Program-made: the position numbers and the translations under genes
Assembly (NCBI GenBank): GCA_002084875.1
Contig: NBMH01000045.1
Span: 5,082 to 69,081 of the forward strand
Length of the DNA stretch: 64,000 bases
Direction: 5' to 3'
Source: Anaerolineaceae bacterium 4572_78
Lineage (GTDB): Bacteria > Chloroflexota > Anaerolineae > 4572-78
Notes under the pieces: model-generated
The model's database searches: none
What the model saw: the letters and a program-made list of their open reading frames with translations, nothing else
Told to the model about the DNA's origin: nothing
Part shown: in pieces, positions 1 to 8,419 of the stretch
How positions within the stretch are numbered: the stretch's first letter is position 1
How the letters are laid out: the number at the start of each line of letters is the position of its first letter

Positions 1-345
1 ACAACACATCGCACACTGGCTATACACCGCTGGCAAAGCTTCCCAATCCCATCGCTCAGCAGGTAGCGTGTCTCACCCGCGGCACTTTAGCTATAGTAAC
101 ACCAGGCAAATGCATATAGCTATGCACCTAACTTTTTTGAATCACTCCTGCTAAACCACTAACCGTTGGTCTCAATCAAGCGATTCGCCACATCGAACAT
201 GTTAGTCTGTTCGGTCGTATTGAGCAAGTTACCGTTATCATCAAAGGTGAACAATTACCCATCCACTTCCATGGTATAGCTGGCAAGGTTATATTGATAG
301 CTGGTGGTGTAACCGTTGATAATCTGCTATCAATTGCCATCTCCA
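1..345 (-). pseudogene. Decayed RHS/YD-repeat protein fragment
   Basis: Manual minus-strand translation gives GN**QIINGYTTSYQYNLASYTMEVDG*LFTFDDNGNLLNTTEQTNMFDVANRLIETN and later GETRYLLSDG followed by a frameshifted LGS; YD-repeat and RHS-core-like motifs with stops and frameshifts. Confidence 0.7.
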
Positions 346-376
346 ATAAATGAGATGAGACTCTAAAACAAAAAAA

Positions 377-419
377 TTGTCGAGTTTTAAGGTTTGTGGT
401 ATATTATCTAGTAAGGAGG
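377..419 (+). promoter_or_regulatory. sigma70-type promoter and RBS of paralog 1
   Basis: TTGTCG-17 nt-TATATT with TG extension, then AAGGAGG 7 nt before ATG 427; leader conserved before paralogs 2 and 3. Confidence 0.65.
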
Positions 420-426
420 TGTTATT

Positions 427-984
427 ATGCTAAAATTTAATGAATGTACCTTACTAAAACTAGATAAAACATTTGCTCTCAGCCAAGTTGAAGAGAATCA
501 GATATTGCAAGATTGGATTGGAAGTCATGCTGATATTTCGGACTTTGAACAACAAAGTCTGAACTTGTATCAAGGTATCTTAAAACGTCATGTGCATGAC
601 TGGAATGAGGTGGAATTACGCCAACATTTTATTGGTCCCATACTCACTCTTGTTAATTTCTCTAACCCCAAATTTACAATGTTTGCCGAACGGAGTTTTA
701 GTGGGGTAGTGGATGATATCGAGCTGAGTGGAAAACCCGATGGTATGATTGCTAGTGGGTTTCGTGAGCCTGAAAAACCCTATTTTTGTTTTCAGGAGTA
801 TAACGCGTATCAACATGAAATTTATGGTTGTTATGTTGTTGGTGATATTTGGCATTTCATGGTACTTCATGGAAAAACATATAGTATTAGTGGCTCTTAT
901 GCTGCCACCCGTGATGATATTGTTGATATCTTCATAGTTTTAAAAAGATTAAAACAAATCATCATTGATTTAATCGAAAAATAA
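427..984 (+). CDS. PD-(D/E)XK-like restriction-endonuclease-fold protein, paralog 1, with in-frame deletion of about 24 aa
   Basis: GKPDGMIASG...PYFCFQEY motif; lacks the KKERDPLGDPAGQALAAMLVAQEI-type segment present in the sister copies. Confidence 0.6.
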   Translation: MLKFNECTLLKLDKTFALSQVEENQILQDWIGSHADISDFEQQSLNLYQGILKRHVHDWNEVELRQHFIGPILTLVNFSNPKFTMFAERSFSGVVDDIELSGKPDGMIASGFREPEKPYFCFQEYNAYQHEIYGCYVVGDIWHFMVLHGKTYSISGSYAATRDDIVDIFIVLKRLKQIIIDLIEK

Positions 985-1050
985 TAATCGGAGGAAATTA
1001 ACATGGCAAACAGATTCTGGTAAAATATCAATAATATTCTAACAAGAAAA

Positions 1051-1093
1051 TTGCCGGGCTTTAAGGATTGTAGTATATTATCTAGTAAGGAGG
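1051..1093 (+). promoter_or_regulatory. sigma70-type promoter and RBS of paralog 2
   Basis: TTGCCG-17 nt-TATATT, then atctagtAAGGAGGtgttattATG, identical to the paralog 1 leader. Confidence 0.65.
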
Positions 1094-1100
1094 TGTTATT

Positions 1101-1736
1101 ATGCTAAAATTTAATGAATGTACACTTGATAACCTTGATGAAACATTTGACTTAATTCAGGTTGATGAAAGCAAAGAACTTCATAATTGGATTGATGATA
1201 ATGCAGATATTTCAGATGTCGAACAACAAGTGTTAACTATGTATCAGCAAGCTTTGAGAATATATGGACATGATTGGAATGAAATTGAATTATTACAACA
1301 TTTCATCGGTCCTATGTTTGCGTTGGTCAGTTTTTCCAGTAAACAGTTTGGTATATTTTCTGAAAGGAGCATGACTGGTACAGTAGAAGGTATTGAGATG
1401 GGAGGAAATCCTGATAGTGTAATTGCCAGTGGGCGGCGTTCTCCAAAAAAACCGTATTTTTGTTTTCATGAATTTAAAAGACAACATGAAACTAAAGGTG
1501 ACCCTGCTGGGCAATGTCTTGCCGCCATGCTTGTTGCTCAAGAGTTGAACGAGCATAAACATCCGATTTATGGCTGTTATGTACAGGGGCTAGATTGGTT
1601 TTTTATGATATTGGAAGGAAAGGAGTATTGTATTAGCAACGGTTACATGGCTACCCGTGATGACATTTTCGACATCTTCCGCATTTTGAAAGCCTTAAAG
1701 CAAATCGTTATTCGCCTGGTGGCGATGGAAGAGTGA
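1101..1736 (+). CDS. PD-(D/E)XK-like restriction-endonuclease-fold protein, paralog 2 (full length)
   Basis: 211 aa; E..L helix, GNPDSVIA, FHEFK (ExK), GDPAGQCLAAM and IYGCYV..W.F motifs resemble HsdR-N-like nuclease folds. Confidence 0.65.
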   Translation: MLKFNECTLDNLDETFDLIQVDESKELHNWIDDNADISDVEQQVLTMYQQALRIYGHDWNEIELLQHFIGPMFALVSFSSKQFGIFSERSMTGTVEGIEMGGNPDSVIASGRRSPKKPYFCFHEFKRQHETKGDPAGQCLAAMLVAQELNEHKHPIYGCYVQGLDWFFMILEGKEYCISNGYMATRDDIFDIFRILKALKQIVIRLVAMEE

Positions 1737-1762
1737 GTATGTTTTAAGATTGTTTGATGAAT

Positions 1763-1805
1763 TTGTGAGGTTTTAAGAATTGAGATATATTACCTAGTAA
1801 GGAGG
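1763..1805 (+). promoter_or_regulatory. sigma70-type promoter and RBS of paralog 3
   Basis: TTGTGA-17 nt-TATATT, then ctagtAAGGAGG. Confidence 0.6.
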
Positions 1806-1812
1806 TATGATT

Positions 1813-2370
1813 ATGCTAAAGTTTAGTGAATGTACACTAGCTAAACTAGACAAAATGTTTATCTTAAATCAAACTTATAAAAGTCAACCATTACAAGATT
1901 GGCTCAACGGAAATGTTGAAATTTCAGATACAGAAAACAACGTACTGGAAATGTATCGGCAAATATTAACGATTCAAGGACATGACTGGAATGAAGTTGA
2001 ATTAAGGAAACATTTTATTGGACCCATGCTTACATTAGTCAACTTTTCGAGTAAAAAAATTGGCATGTTTGCCGAACGCAGTTTTAGTGGGATTGTTAAT
2101 AGCATTGAAATGGGAGGGGTGCCTGACAGTATTATTGCTAGTGGTTTTCGCGAGCCTGAAAAGCCATATTTTTGTTTTCAGGAGTATAAAAAAGAACGTG
2201 ACCCACTAGGTGACCCAGCAGGTCAGGCTTTGGCAGCCATGCTTGTTGCCCAAGAAATTAATGAGCATAACAAAGCCTACGTTGCTACAGATGATGCCAT
2301 TTTCGACATCTTCCGCGTCCTGAAAGCCTTGAAGCAAATCATCATTCGTTTGGTGGCGATGGATGGGTAA
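1813..2370 (+). CDS. PD-(D/E)XK-like protein, paralog 3, with in-frame deletion of about 26 aa
   Basis: GVPDSIIASG, FQEYKK and GDPAGQ present; lacks the HPIYGCYV..W.F..L...EYCIS segment; start chosen by alignment to the sister copies. Confidence 0.6.
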   Translation: MLKFSECTLAKLDKMFILNQTYKSQPLQDWLNGNVEISDTENNVLEMYRQILTIQGHDWNEVELRKHFIGPMLTLVNFSSKKIGMFAERSFSGIVNSIEMGGVPDSIIASGFREPEKPYFCFQEYKKERDPLGDPAGQALAAMLVAQEINEHNKAYVATDDAIFDIFRVLKALKQIIIRLVAMDG

Positions 2371-2417
2371 GTATGTTTTAAGATTGTTGTGTGAGTTTGC
2401 AGGGTTTTGAGGTTTTA

Positions 2418-2477
2418 GTAACCGTTCACCCCTAGCCCCTCCCCCATTATGGAGAGGGGTCGGGGGTGGAGTAAAAT
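2418..2477. repeat. MITE/REP-like palindromic element interrupting the promoter of paralog 4
   Basis: Begins GTAACCGTTCAC (also at 16652, 55657 and 3588 minus) and contains a CCCCTCC...GGAGAGGGG hairpin; lies between -35 TTGCAG and the conserved atctagtaaggag leader. Confidence 0.7.
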
Positions 2478-2496
2478 CTAGTAAGGAGTTGTTATT

Positions 2497-3132
2497 ATGC
2501 TAAAGTTTAGTGAATGTACATTACTCAAATTGGATAAGTTGTTCAGTTTAAAACAGATAAGAAAAAGTCCCATCCTAGATGACTGGCTCAATCAAGCTAT
2601 AGAAATCGCCGATTGGGAAGAAAAAGTGTTACATCTGTTGCAAGAAACACTAATCTTAGGTGTTCATGATTGGAACGAATTTGAACTGTCCCAAAGATTT
2701 ATTGCACCTATGTTTGCCATAGTTCACTTTACGAGTGAATCGTTTAATCTTTTTGCCGAAAGGCTGTTTGGTGGTAGCGTTGAGGATGTTGAGATACAAG
2801 GTAAACCTGATGGTATAATTGCTTCGGGGCTTCGTGAACCTGAAAAACCGTATTTTTGTTTTCACGAATTTAAAAGACAACATGAAACTAGAGGCGACCC
2901 TGCGGGACAATGCCTTGTTGCCATGCTTGTTGCCCAAGAATTAAACGAGCATAAACACCCAATTTATGGCTGTTATGTGGTTGGTGACACATGGCGTTTT
3001 ATAGTATTGCAAGATAAGGAATATTGTATCAGCAATCCTTATATTGCTGTCCGTGATGACATTTTCGACATCTTCCGCGTCCTGAAAGCCTTGAAGCAAA
3101 TCATCATTCGCTTGGTGGCGATGGATAAGTGA
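2497..3132 (+). CDS. PD-(D/E)XK-like protein, paralog 4 (full length)
   Basis: 211 aa; GKPDGIIASG, FHEFK, GDPAGQCLVAM, IYGCYVVGDTWRF. Confidence 0.65.
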   Translation: MLKFSECTLLKLDKLFSLKQIRKSPILDDWLNQAIEIADWEEKVLHLLQETLILGVHDWNEFELSQRFIAPMFAIVHFTSESFNLFAERLFGGSVEDVEIQGKPDGIIASGLREPEKPYFCFHEFKRQHETRGDPAGQCLVAMLVAQELNEHKHPIYGCYVVGDTWRFIVLQDKEYCISNPYIAVRDDIFDIFRVLKALKQIIIRLVAMDK

Positions 3133-3348
3133 GTATGTTGTAAAATAAATTGCGTAATTTTAAGATTTATATCATAATTAGTTAAAATCTTATAAAGATA
3201 AAGTAAATGACTGAACAAACATCAGAATTAGATTTGATTTTTCAAGCAAAAAAGGTGAAATAACCAAATTTCACTATGTTTGCAGTTTTAGTTGAAGTGC
3301 ATGGGAGAGCAGCAGTGTGAGTTGAAAAGGTAAACTTGACAAAGCATG

Positions 3349-3470
3349 GATAGTGATTTGCGAAAAAGAAATAATTAAGATATAATAAAAACATGGAAAA
3401 TCAAAAATGTCAAAATAAATGTCCAAGATGTCAAAGTGAAGAGGTTGTCAAAAAAGGTCATATCCTTTGA
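3349..3470 (+). mobile_element. IS1-family left-end remnant (InsA-like Zn-ribbon start)
   Basis: ATG 3393 gives MENQKCQNKCPRCQSEEVVKKGHIL*; CxxC..VVKxG is the IS1 transposase N-terminal motif; TTGCGA-17-TATAAT promoter and a GATAGTG end-like sequence upstream. Confidence 0.55.
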
Positions 3471-3516
3471 TTTTTCGTAGGTCTTTTTCAAATTGTTTCT
3501 CAAAACGAATATGCAT
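3448..3516 (-). pseudogene. RelE/ParE-family toxin N-terminal remnant
   Basis: MHIRFEKQFEKDLRKIKGYDLF* starts 2 nt after the Argonaute ORF stop; F.K.FEKDLRKI is typical of RelE/StbE N-termini; ends within the IS1 scrap. Confidence 0.5.
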
Positions 3517-3518
3517 GG

Positions 3519-5600
3519 TCAACCTTCTAAAATATCAAATATCACCGACTCATCGACAAAATCATTCGCAGAACTGGAACGAGTATAGTGAACGGTTACT
3601 CCATGATGATTACTCACAACCAAAACTAAGATGGAATGAATTGCCTGCTCAATTGTAAATGGCGGCTCTGTACGAACATGCAATGGTTGAGGGGTGACGT
3701 TTTGAAATGGCGGTAAAGAAGAAACCAAAAATGCCTCATGGTCATTGATTTTGAAAAGAGTTCCTTTTGTAGTTTGTCCAACTTGATTTTGAGATTTAAG
3801 ATACAAACGAGGTGAACCACTTTTGAGCACTTCCACAAAATAAAATGTTGCCCCAATTTTTTCTGCCCAATCTTTGAGCGTTTTCCTTTCATCCCGCTGA
3901 AGGCGACCATCACGATGAATAATTACCCGTTTTCCCTCAAATTGATTGACAGGAAACAAATTTTGTAAGGTACGAGCTGGAATCGTTTCTCCTTCTAATA
4001 GCATGTCTTCGATGGCATAATGCATAAATTCGCCGCTGTTGACATAGATTCGAGCGACTGCGGCGGCATTTCTAGAACCTGCTAGATTTTTCTTTTTGTC
4101 ACGAGCCACATCTAATCCTACTACCATGTCAGTATATGGCAACGGTTCTGCTAAGGCAAAGGGGATATTGCCAATTTTTCCCAATATTCCCATGATGACA
4201 TTGGCAACTGCCCATTCATTACTCAAGGTCGATTCAAAAATAGCTTGACTTGGTATGCCGCGTCCTATGGTTATTGATTTGAATGAGGTATATCCCAAAC
4301 CTTCTGATTCATCATCCAGATTTTCATCTGGGAGCAAGGCTAATAAAATATGTGGTTCTTTCTCTTCAAGATGGTCAATTTCTTTTTCAAACTGTAAGCG
4401 TGATGGAGTCGGCAATTTTTCTGAACCAATTAATTCAATATTAAAGTTAAGCGTTTTCAATTCATGTCTCAACCGTTTATAAAAGATTGTCTTTTGTTGA
4501 TTACGCCGCACATCAATAAAACCAATTTTAATCGGCTCCTTTTTGAAAGTATCTGCTTGTTTGTATAAGCCATGCTTCTTTAAGTAAGCCCATAATTTCT
4601 TTTCCTGCCATTCAAACACTTGGTTGTTTCCTAGACGTATCTTGGGGTTAAAGTCAATATCATGCCCGCACAAAAATAATTCAGGATTATTTTCTGAATT
4701 ATAAGATTTCATATCTTTCTTGATACTTTGAGAAATCTCATGCACAAGTTTATATCTATCATGGGGCGATAAACGTATTTGCTTAACAACTTGTTGCGAA
4801 TCAAGCCCAAATCGAGATAGATACTCAAATTTTAACACGATTTTCAATGCACTGGCGACATAATCATATTCTTTTTGACCTGTTTTAATTTTAACAACTA
4901 ATTCATCGTCAGCCGCTTGCTGAATTAGTCGTTGCATTTTAGGGTCGCGGGAGGAGTGAAGTAATCGTTCACTATGTTCTGCAACCGTACCAACGATTTT
5001 TATAATCTCACCTTTGAAATGTTGTATTTTTACCTGCACCCACATGCCGATAATTTCGTCAGGCTGAGCAATAGTACAGACATGTTGATTCAAGTCTTTT
5101 TTATAAAGCATATTTGAGAAAACCGAAATCGAAACGGCAGGTTGCCCTTGCACCACCAAACCACGAATTGTGTAGTCCCGTTCAATAGATGCATTTGCAA
5201 GATTGACACTATTTTTTCTCAAAACTCGACGAATTTTTTCTGTTATCTTTGAATTACGAAGCATACCATTACTCACAAAATCAGCCATTGCCTTTGGTGT
5301 AGCTTGCCAATCTGTTATGGGGATAATCTCATGCAAATTCTGAAATGGGTCGGGTTTATTTTGCCAAAGGTTTTGTAAAAATTCATGCAACTGAATCTTA
5401 TCTTGATACATGGTTGAAACAATGATACCGCTTGTCCATGCCCACTGTTTACCAAAATAGCTTTTCAATCTGTAGGGTAATTTCCCACCAATTTTGTACA
5501 GTTCTTTGTCACTTGCTTGAAGTGAGTAGGCAAAAAGTTGCGGTAATATATCAGTTTTAATTGGAAAAATATCAGCAAAAATAATATCTTCTTGTGACAT
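3519..5600 (-). CDS. ago: Long prokaryotic Argonaute (N-PAZ-MID-PIWI) with aberrant C-terminus
   Basis: 693 aa; MID pocket Y..K (GYTSFK), PSQ, LGK; PIWI VVGLDVA, EGETIP, IIHRDG, EVLKSGSPRLY; the expected final PVTxHYxD reads GVTVHYTR. Confidence 0.9.
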   Translation of the reverse strand: MSQEDIIFADIFPIKTDILPQLFAYSLQASDKELYKIGGKLPYRLKSYFGKQWAWTSGIIVSTMYQDKIQLHEFLQNLWQNKPDPFQNLHEIIPITDWQATPKAMADFVSNGMLRNSKITEKIRRVLRKNSVNLANASIERDYTIRGLVVQGQPAVSISVFSNMLYKKDLNQHVCTIAQPDEIIGMWVQVKIQHFKGEIIKIVGTVAEHSERLLHSSRDPKMQRLIQQAADDELVVKIKTGQKEYDYVASALKIVLKFEYLSRFGLDSQQVVKQIRLSPHDRYKLVHEISQSIKKDMKSYNSENNPELFLCGHDIDFNPKIRLGNNQVFEWQEKKLWAYLKKHGLYKQADTFKKEPIKIGFIDVRRNQQKTIFYKRLRHELKTLNFNIELIGSEKLPTPSRLQFEKEIDHLEEKEPHILLALLPDENLDDESEGLGYTSFKSITIGRGIPSQAIFESTLSNEWAVANVIMGILGKIGNIPFALAEPLPYTDMVVGLDVARDKKKNLAGSRNAAAVARIYVNSGEFMHYAIEDMLLEGETIPARTLQNLFPVNQFEGKRVIIHRDGRLQRDERKTLKDWAEKIGATFYFVEVLKSGSPRLYLKSQNQVGQTTKGTLFKINDHEAFLVSSLPPFQNVTPQPLHVRTEPPFTIEQAIHSILVLVVSNHHGVTVHYTRSSSANDFVDESVIFDILEG

Positions 5601-5629
5601 AATTTGATTTACCTCGTTAATACATGGAC

Positions 5630-5663
5630 AGACAAGAAAGGTTTTCGAAAACCTTTCTTGTCT
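5630..5663. repeat. Family A REP-like 34-bp perfect palindrome
   Basis: AGACAAGAAAGGTTTTCGAAAACCTTTCTTGTCT is its own reverse complement; 30 nt upstream of the ago start. Confidence 0.9.
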
Positions 5664-5716
5664 TAGCTATAGAAGCTTTGCCAGTAGAATTTCTAACCTA
5701 GAAACTTTGCGATTAA

Positions 5717-6889
5717 CTATAGTCCTAATTTCTTAAGTCTAGCCATAGCTTCTTTTATCTGTTCTACGGGAAGAACAAGCGATACCCGCATCCAGCCGCG
5801 TCCTTGTTCGCCATAGAATGAGCCTGGCGAAATAGATACATGACCTTCGGACAAGGCTTTTTCATGAAATTCGACATCATCGCCGCCGTTTGGCACTTTA
5901 AACCAGATGTAAATTGCTCCCTTTGGTGATTCAACATTTATGCCTATGTCGCGTAAAGTATTGACTACCAAATCACGACGTTCTTGGTAAACCGCATTTC
6001 GTTCTACCAACCATGTTTGGTCACCCGTTAAAGCCGCAATTGCCATAGCTTGCACTGGTTTAGCGATGCCACTATCCATTTGAGTTTTGATGGTTGCTAA
6101 TGCTTTGACTGCACCCGCATGTCCAACTGCCATGCCAACCCGCCAACCCGCTAGATTGTAAGTCTTTGACATGGAGTTAAACTCAATCACGACCTCTTTT
6201 GCTCCATCGATTTGCAAAGGGCTAACCGCTTTATATCCATCGTAAGTTATATCAGCATAAGCATTATCATGACAGAATAAAATATCATGCTTACGACAAA
6301 AAGCAATGACATCCTCAAAAAACGCCAAATCGGCGATGGCACCAGAGGGATTATTGGGATAGTTCAACCACATCAGACGTGCTTTTTTTAATACATCATC
6401 AGATAAGGCTGAAAAATCGGGATACCAATTATTTTGGGGGTCAAGTGGAAATGAAACTGTACTTCCATTGGCAAGCAACGGCCCCATGGCATGGGTAATG
6501 TAGCAAGGGTCAGGAATTATGGATATATCACCTGGATCTAACCATGCTAAATGCATATTTGCTAATCCTTCTTTTGAACCAATGAGCGGTAATAACTCAT
6601 TATCCTCAAGGGTCACGCCAAAACGGTTTTTGTAATATGTGGCGATAGCTTTTTGCATGGCGGGCGTTCCAAAATAGCCGCCATAGCCATGCGTATTTTT
6701 TTGCTGAGCCGATTTGACTAAAGCCTCGATAATATGTGGGGCAGGTGGTAGATCGGGACTGCCCATGTCCAAACGGATAACATCTATCCCTTTCGCTTTC
6801 ATACCTGTAATTTTTTTCCCAAGTACGGCAAGCGGATAATCGGGTATAGACGTGACTCTTTTTGATGGATTTGATACTAATTTCGACAT
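5717..6889 (-). CDS. Class I PLP-dependent aminotransferase (LL-diaminopimelate aminotransferase-like)
   Basis: GSKEG, NYPNNPSG, HDNAY, SMSKTYNLAGWRVG (PLP lysine), GWMRVS. Confidence 0.88.
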   Translation of the reverse strand: MSKLVSNPSKRVTSIPDYPLAVLGKKITGMKAKGIDVIRLDMGSPDLPPAPHIIEALVKSAQQKNTHGYGGYFGTPAMQKAIATYYKNRFGVTLEDNELLPLIGSKEGLANMHLAWLDPGDISIIPDPCYITHAMGPLLANGSTVSFPLDPQNNWYPDFSALSDDVLKKARLMWLNYPNNPSGAIADLAFFEDVIAFCRKHDILFCHDNAYADITYDGYKAVSPLQIDGAKEVVIEFNSMSKTYNLAGWRVGMAVGHAGAVKALATIKTQMDSGIAKPVQAMAIAALTGDQTWLVERNAVYQERRDLVVNTLRDIGINVESPKGAIYIWFKVPNGGDDVEFHEKALSEGHVSISPGSFYGEQGRGWMRVSLVLPVEQIKEAMARLKKLGL

Positions 6890-6918
6890 TAAATACCTCT
6901 TTGTATTGTGTTAAATTC

Positions 6919-6970
6919 CTGGAGCGAAAAAGCTTGCTTTTTCATGTCAAAGCAAGCTTTGACCCTCCAG
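6919..6970. repeat. Family B REP-like hairpin
   Basis: CTGGAGCGAAAAAGCTTGCTTTTTCATGTCAAAGCAAGCTTTGACCCTCCAG; near-identical copies at 52546 and 58431. Confidence 0.88.
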
Positions 6971-7036
6971 TCAAAACAAACTTTTCTGCTCCAAATCTAC
7001 GAATATTATAATAATAATTTATGCAAAATAAGCAAA

Positions 7037-7972
7037 TTATCCACTCACTAATGACCGAGCAAGGAGTAAGGCATTAGCTGGACGTTCTGCTAAACGACGC
7101 ATGAAATAGGGATACCAAGCGATTCCATAAGGTACATAAATTCGTACTTGATAACCCATGTCGGCTAAACGTTGTTGCTCATTTTGCCGTACGCCTTGCA
7201 GCATTTGAATCTCAAACGACTCCTTATCAACGCCCATGCGGTCTGCTTCGGCTAACAACCATTCAATTAACACTGGGTCATGCGAGCCTAGTGCTAAGAA
7301 GCAACCTTTCTTGCGTACTTCCTCCGAGAGAAATGTGCGCATGTACATCATGCAAGCTTGGTTAACTGCATCATGGTTTTGTAGTGCAATCGCAGGTGAT
7401 TCGTTATAAGCACCTTTAACCAAACGGATGTTGCCACCTGCATGGATAAGTTTTTGAACATCTGCTTGAGTACGATGTAAATAGACTTGGATGGCGATGG
7501 CAATATGAATGCGGTCGCCGAATTTCTTAAGTAGACGATAATACACTGCTAGCGTCGTATCAACATCTTTACTTTCCTCCATGTCCATCTCTATTGGGAT
7601 ATCAAGGTCATAGGCAACTTGAACAAGACTAGCCATATTTTCGTAGAAAAACTCTTTTCCAAAACCTAAACCAAGAAAAGATGGCTTAATTGAAATACTT
7701 GCCCCTAGCTTATCTTCAGCTATACGGTAAGCAATCTTCTGAAATGATTGAGCCGCTTGTTGGGCTTCCTCACGAGTAGTAACATATTCTCCCACTTCAT
7801 TCATGAGAACGCTAATGCCGCGGGCATTCAAATCTTTAACAACTGACACACATTCATCTATGGTTTCTCCTGAAATAAACTGACGTGATGTAATCCTAGC
7901 GGGTGGGAAACGCGTAACAAAGCGACGAGCCATATTACTTTGAGATAGGGCGATAAAAAACTGACGTAACAT
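7037..7972 (-). CDS. Monofunctional proline dehydrogenase
   Basis: ISIKPS, DMEES, QVYLHRT, RLVKGAYNE, SHD, FEIQML.G, YVPYG..WYPYFMRRLAERPAN; ATG 7972 has a GGAG RBS. Confidence 0.92.
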   Translation of the reverse strand: MLRQFFIALSQSNMARRFVTRFPPARITSRQFISGETIDECVSVVKDLNARGISVLMNEVGEYVTTREEAQQAAQSFQKIAYRIAEDKLGASISIKPSFLGLGFGKEFFYENMASLVQVAYDLDIPIEMDMEESKDVDTTLAVYYRLLKKFGDRIHIAIAIQVYLHRTQADVQKLIHAGGNIRLVKGAYNESPAIALQNHDAVNQACMMYMRTFLSEEVRKKGCFLALGSHDPVLIEWLLAEADRMGVDKESFEIQMLQGVRQNEQQRLADMGYQVRIYVPYGIAWYPYFMRRLAERPANALLLARSLVSG

Positions 7973-8028
7973 CTTCTTTGATACTCCGTATTTTGAAATT
8001 ATAAACAATGTGCTAACTGAGGTTGGTC

Positions 8029-8062
8029 AAACAAGAAAGGTTTTTAAAAACCTTTCTTATTT
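8029..8062. repeat. Family A palindrome
   Basis: AAACAAGAAAGGTTTTTAAAAACCTTTCTTATTT. Confidence 0.85.
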
Positions 8063-8313
8063 CAACCATAACAATTTCCTTACTTGACACTACATGCCTA
8101 AGTAGTTACTAATAGTGTTGAGAATACATTATATCTACACCACCACAATCGTCAAATTATCATTAGGAGTATGGAGAAATGAGTGATAAAGCACGGCTTT
8201 GTCATAAGAGGTCATGATGACATGCTTGCTACCTACCTCACAAAATACCTCATTAACTTTGCTGACAAACGACACTTGTGCTAGAATACCGTGTTGAACC
8301 TAACGGTTCACCA

Positions 8314-8399
8314 AGGGCTATTCAATGCTATTTTTTGACAAGGTAAATTGGAGCATCAAACCTTGCTTTGACATAAAAAAGTAAGCTTTGTCATTCCAA
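8314..8399. repeat. Composite repeat (family C tail plus family B hairpin)
   Basis: agggctattcaatgctattttttgacaag followed by ttggagcatcaaaccttgctttgacataaaaaagtaagctttg; same arrangement at 58397-58480 and, reversed, at 52546-52632. Confidence 0.8.
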
Positions 8400-8419
8400 C
8401 ATTATATTACGAGAATTTT

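Noticed and set aside
1003-1023. Micro-ORF MANRFW with a GGAGG RBS between paralogs 1 and 2
   Set aside because: Six codons, not repeated in the other spacers; probably the stub of a deleted gene and not assignable
427-3132. Paralog array as a diversity-generating retroelement or shufflon
   Set aside because: No reverse transcriptase or invertase; differences are not adenine-restricted and all copies share one orientation
427-3132. Paralog array as integron cassettes
   Set aside because: Spacers hold promoters and RBSs but no RYYYAAC...GTTRRRY attC structure
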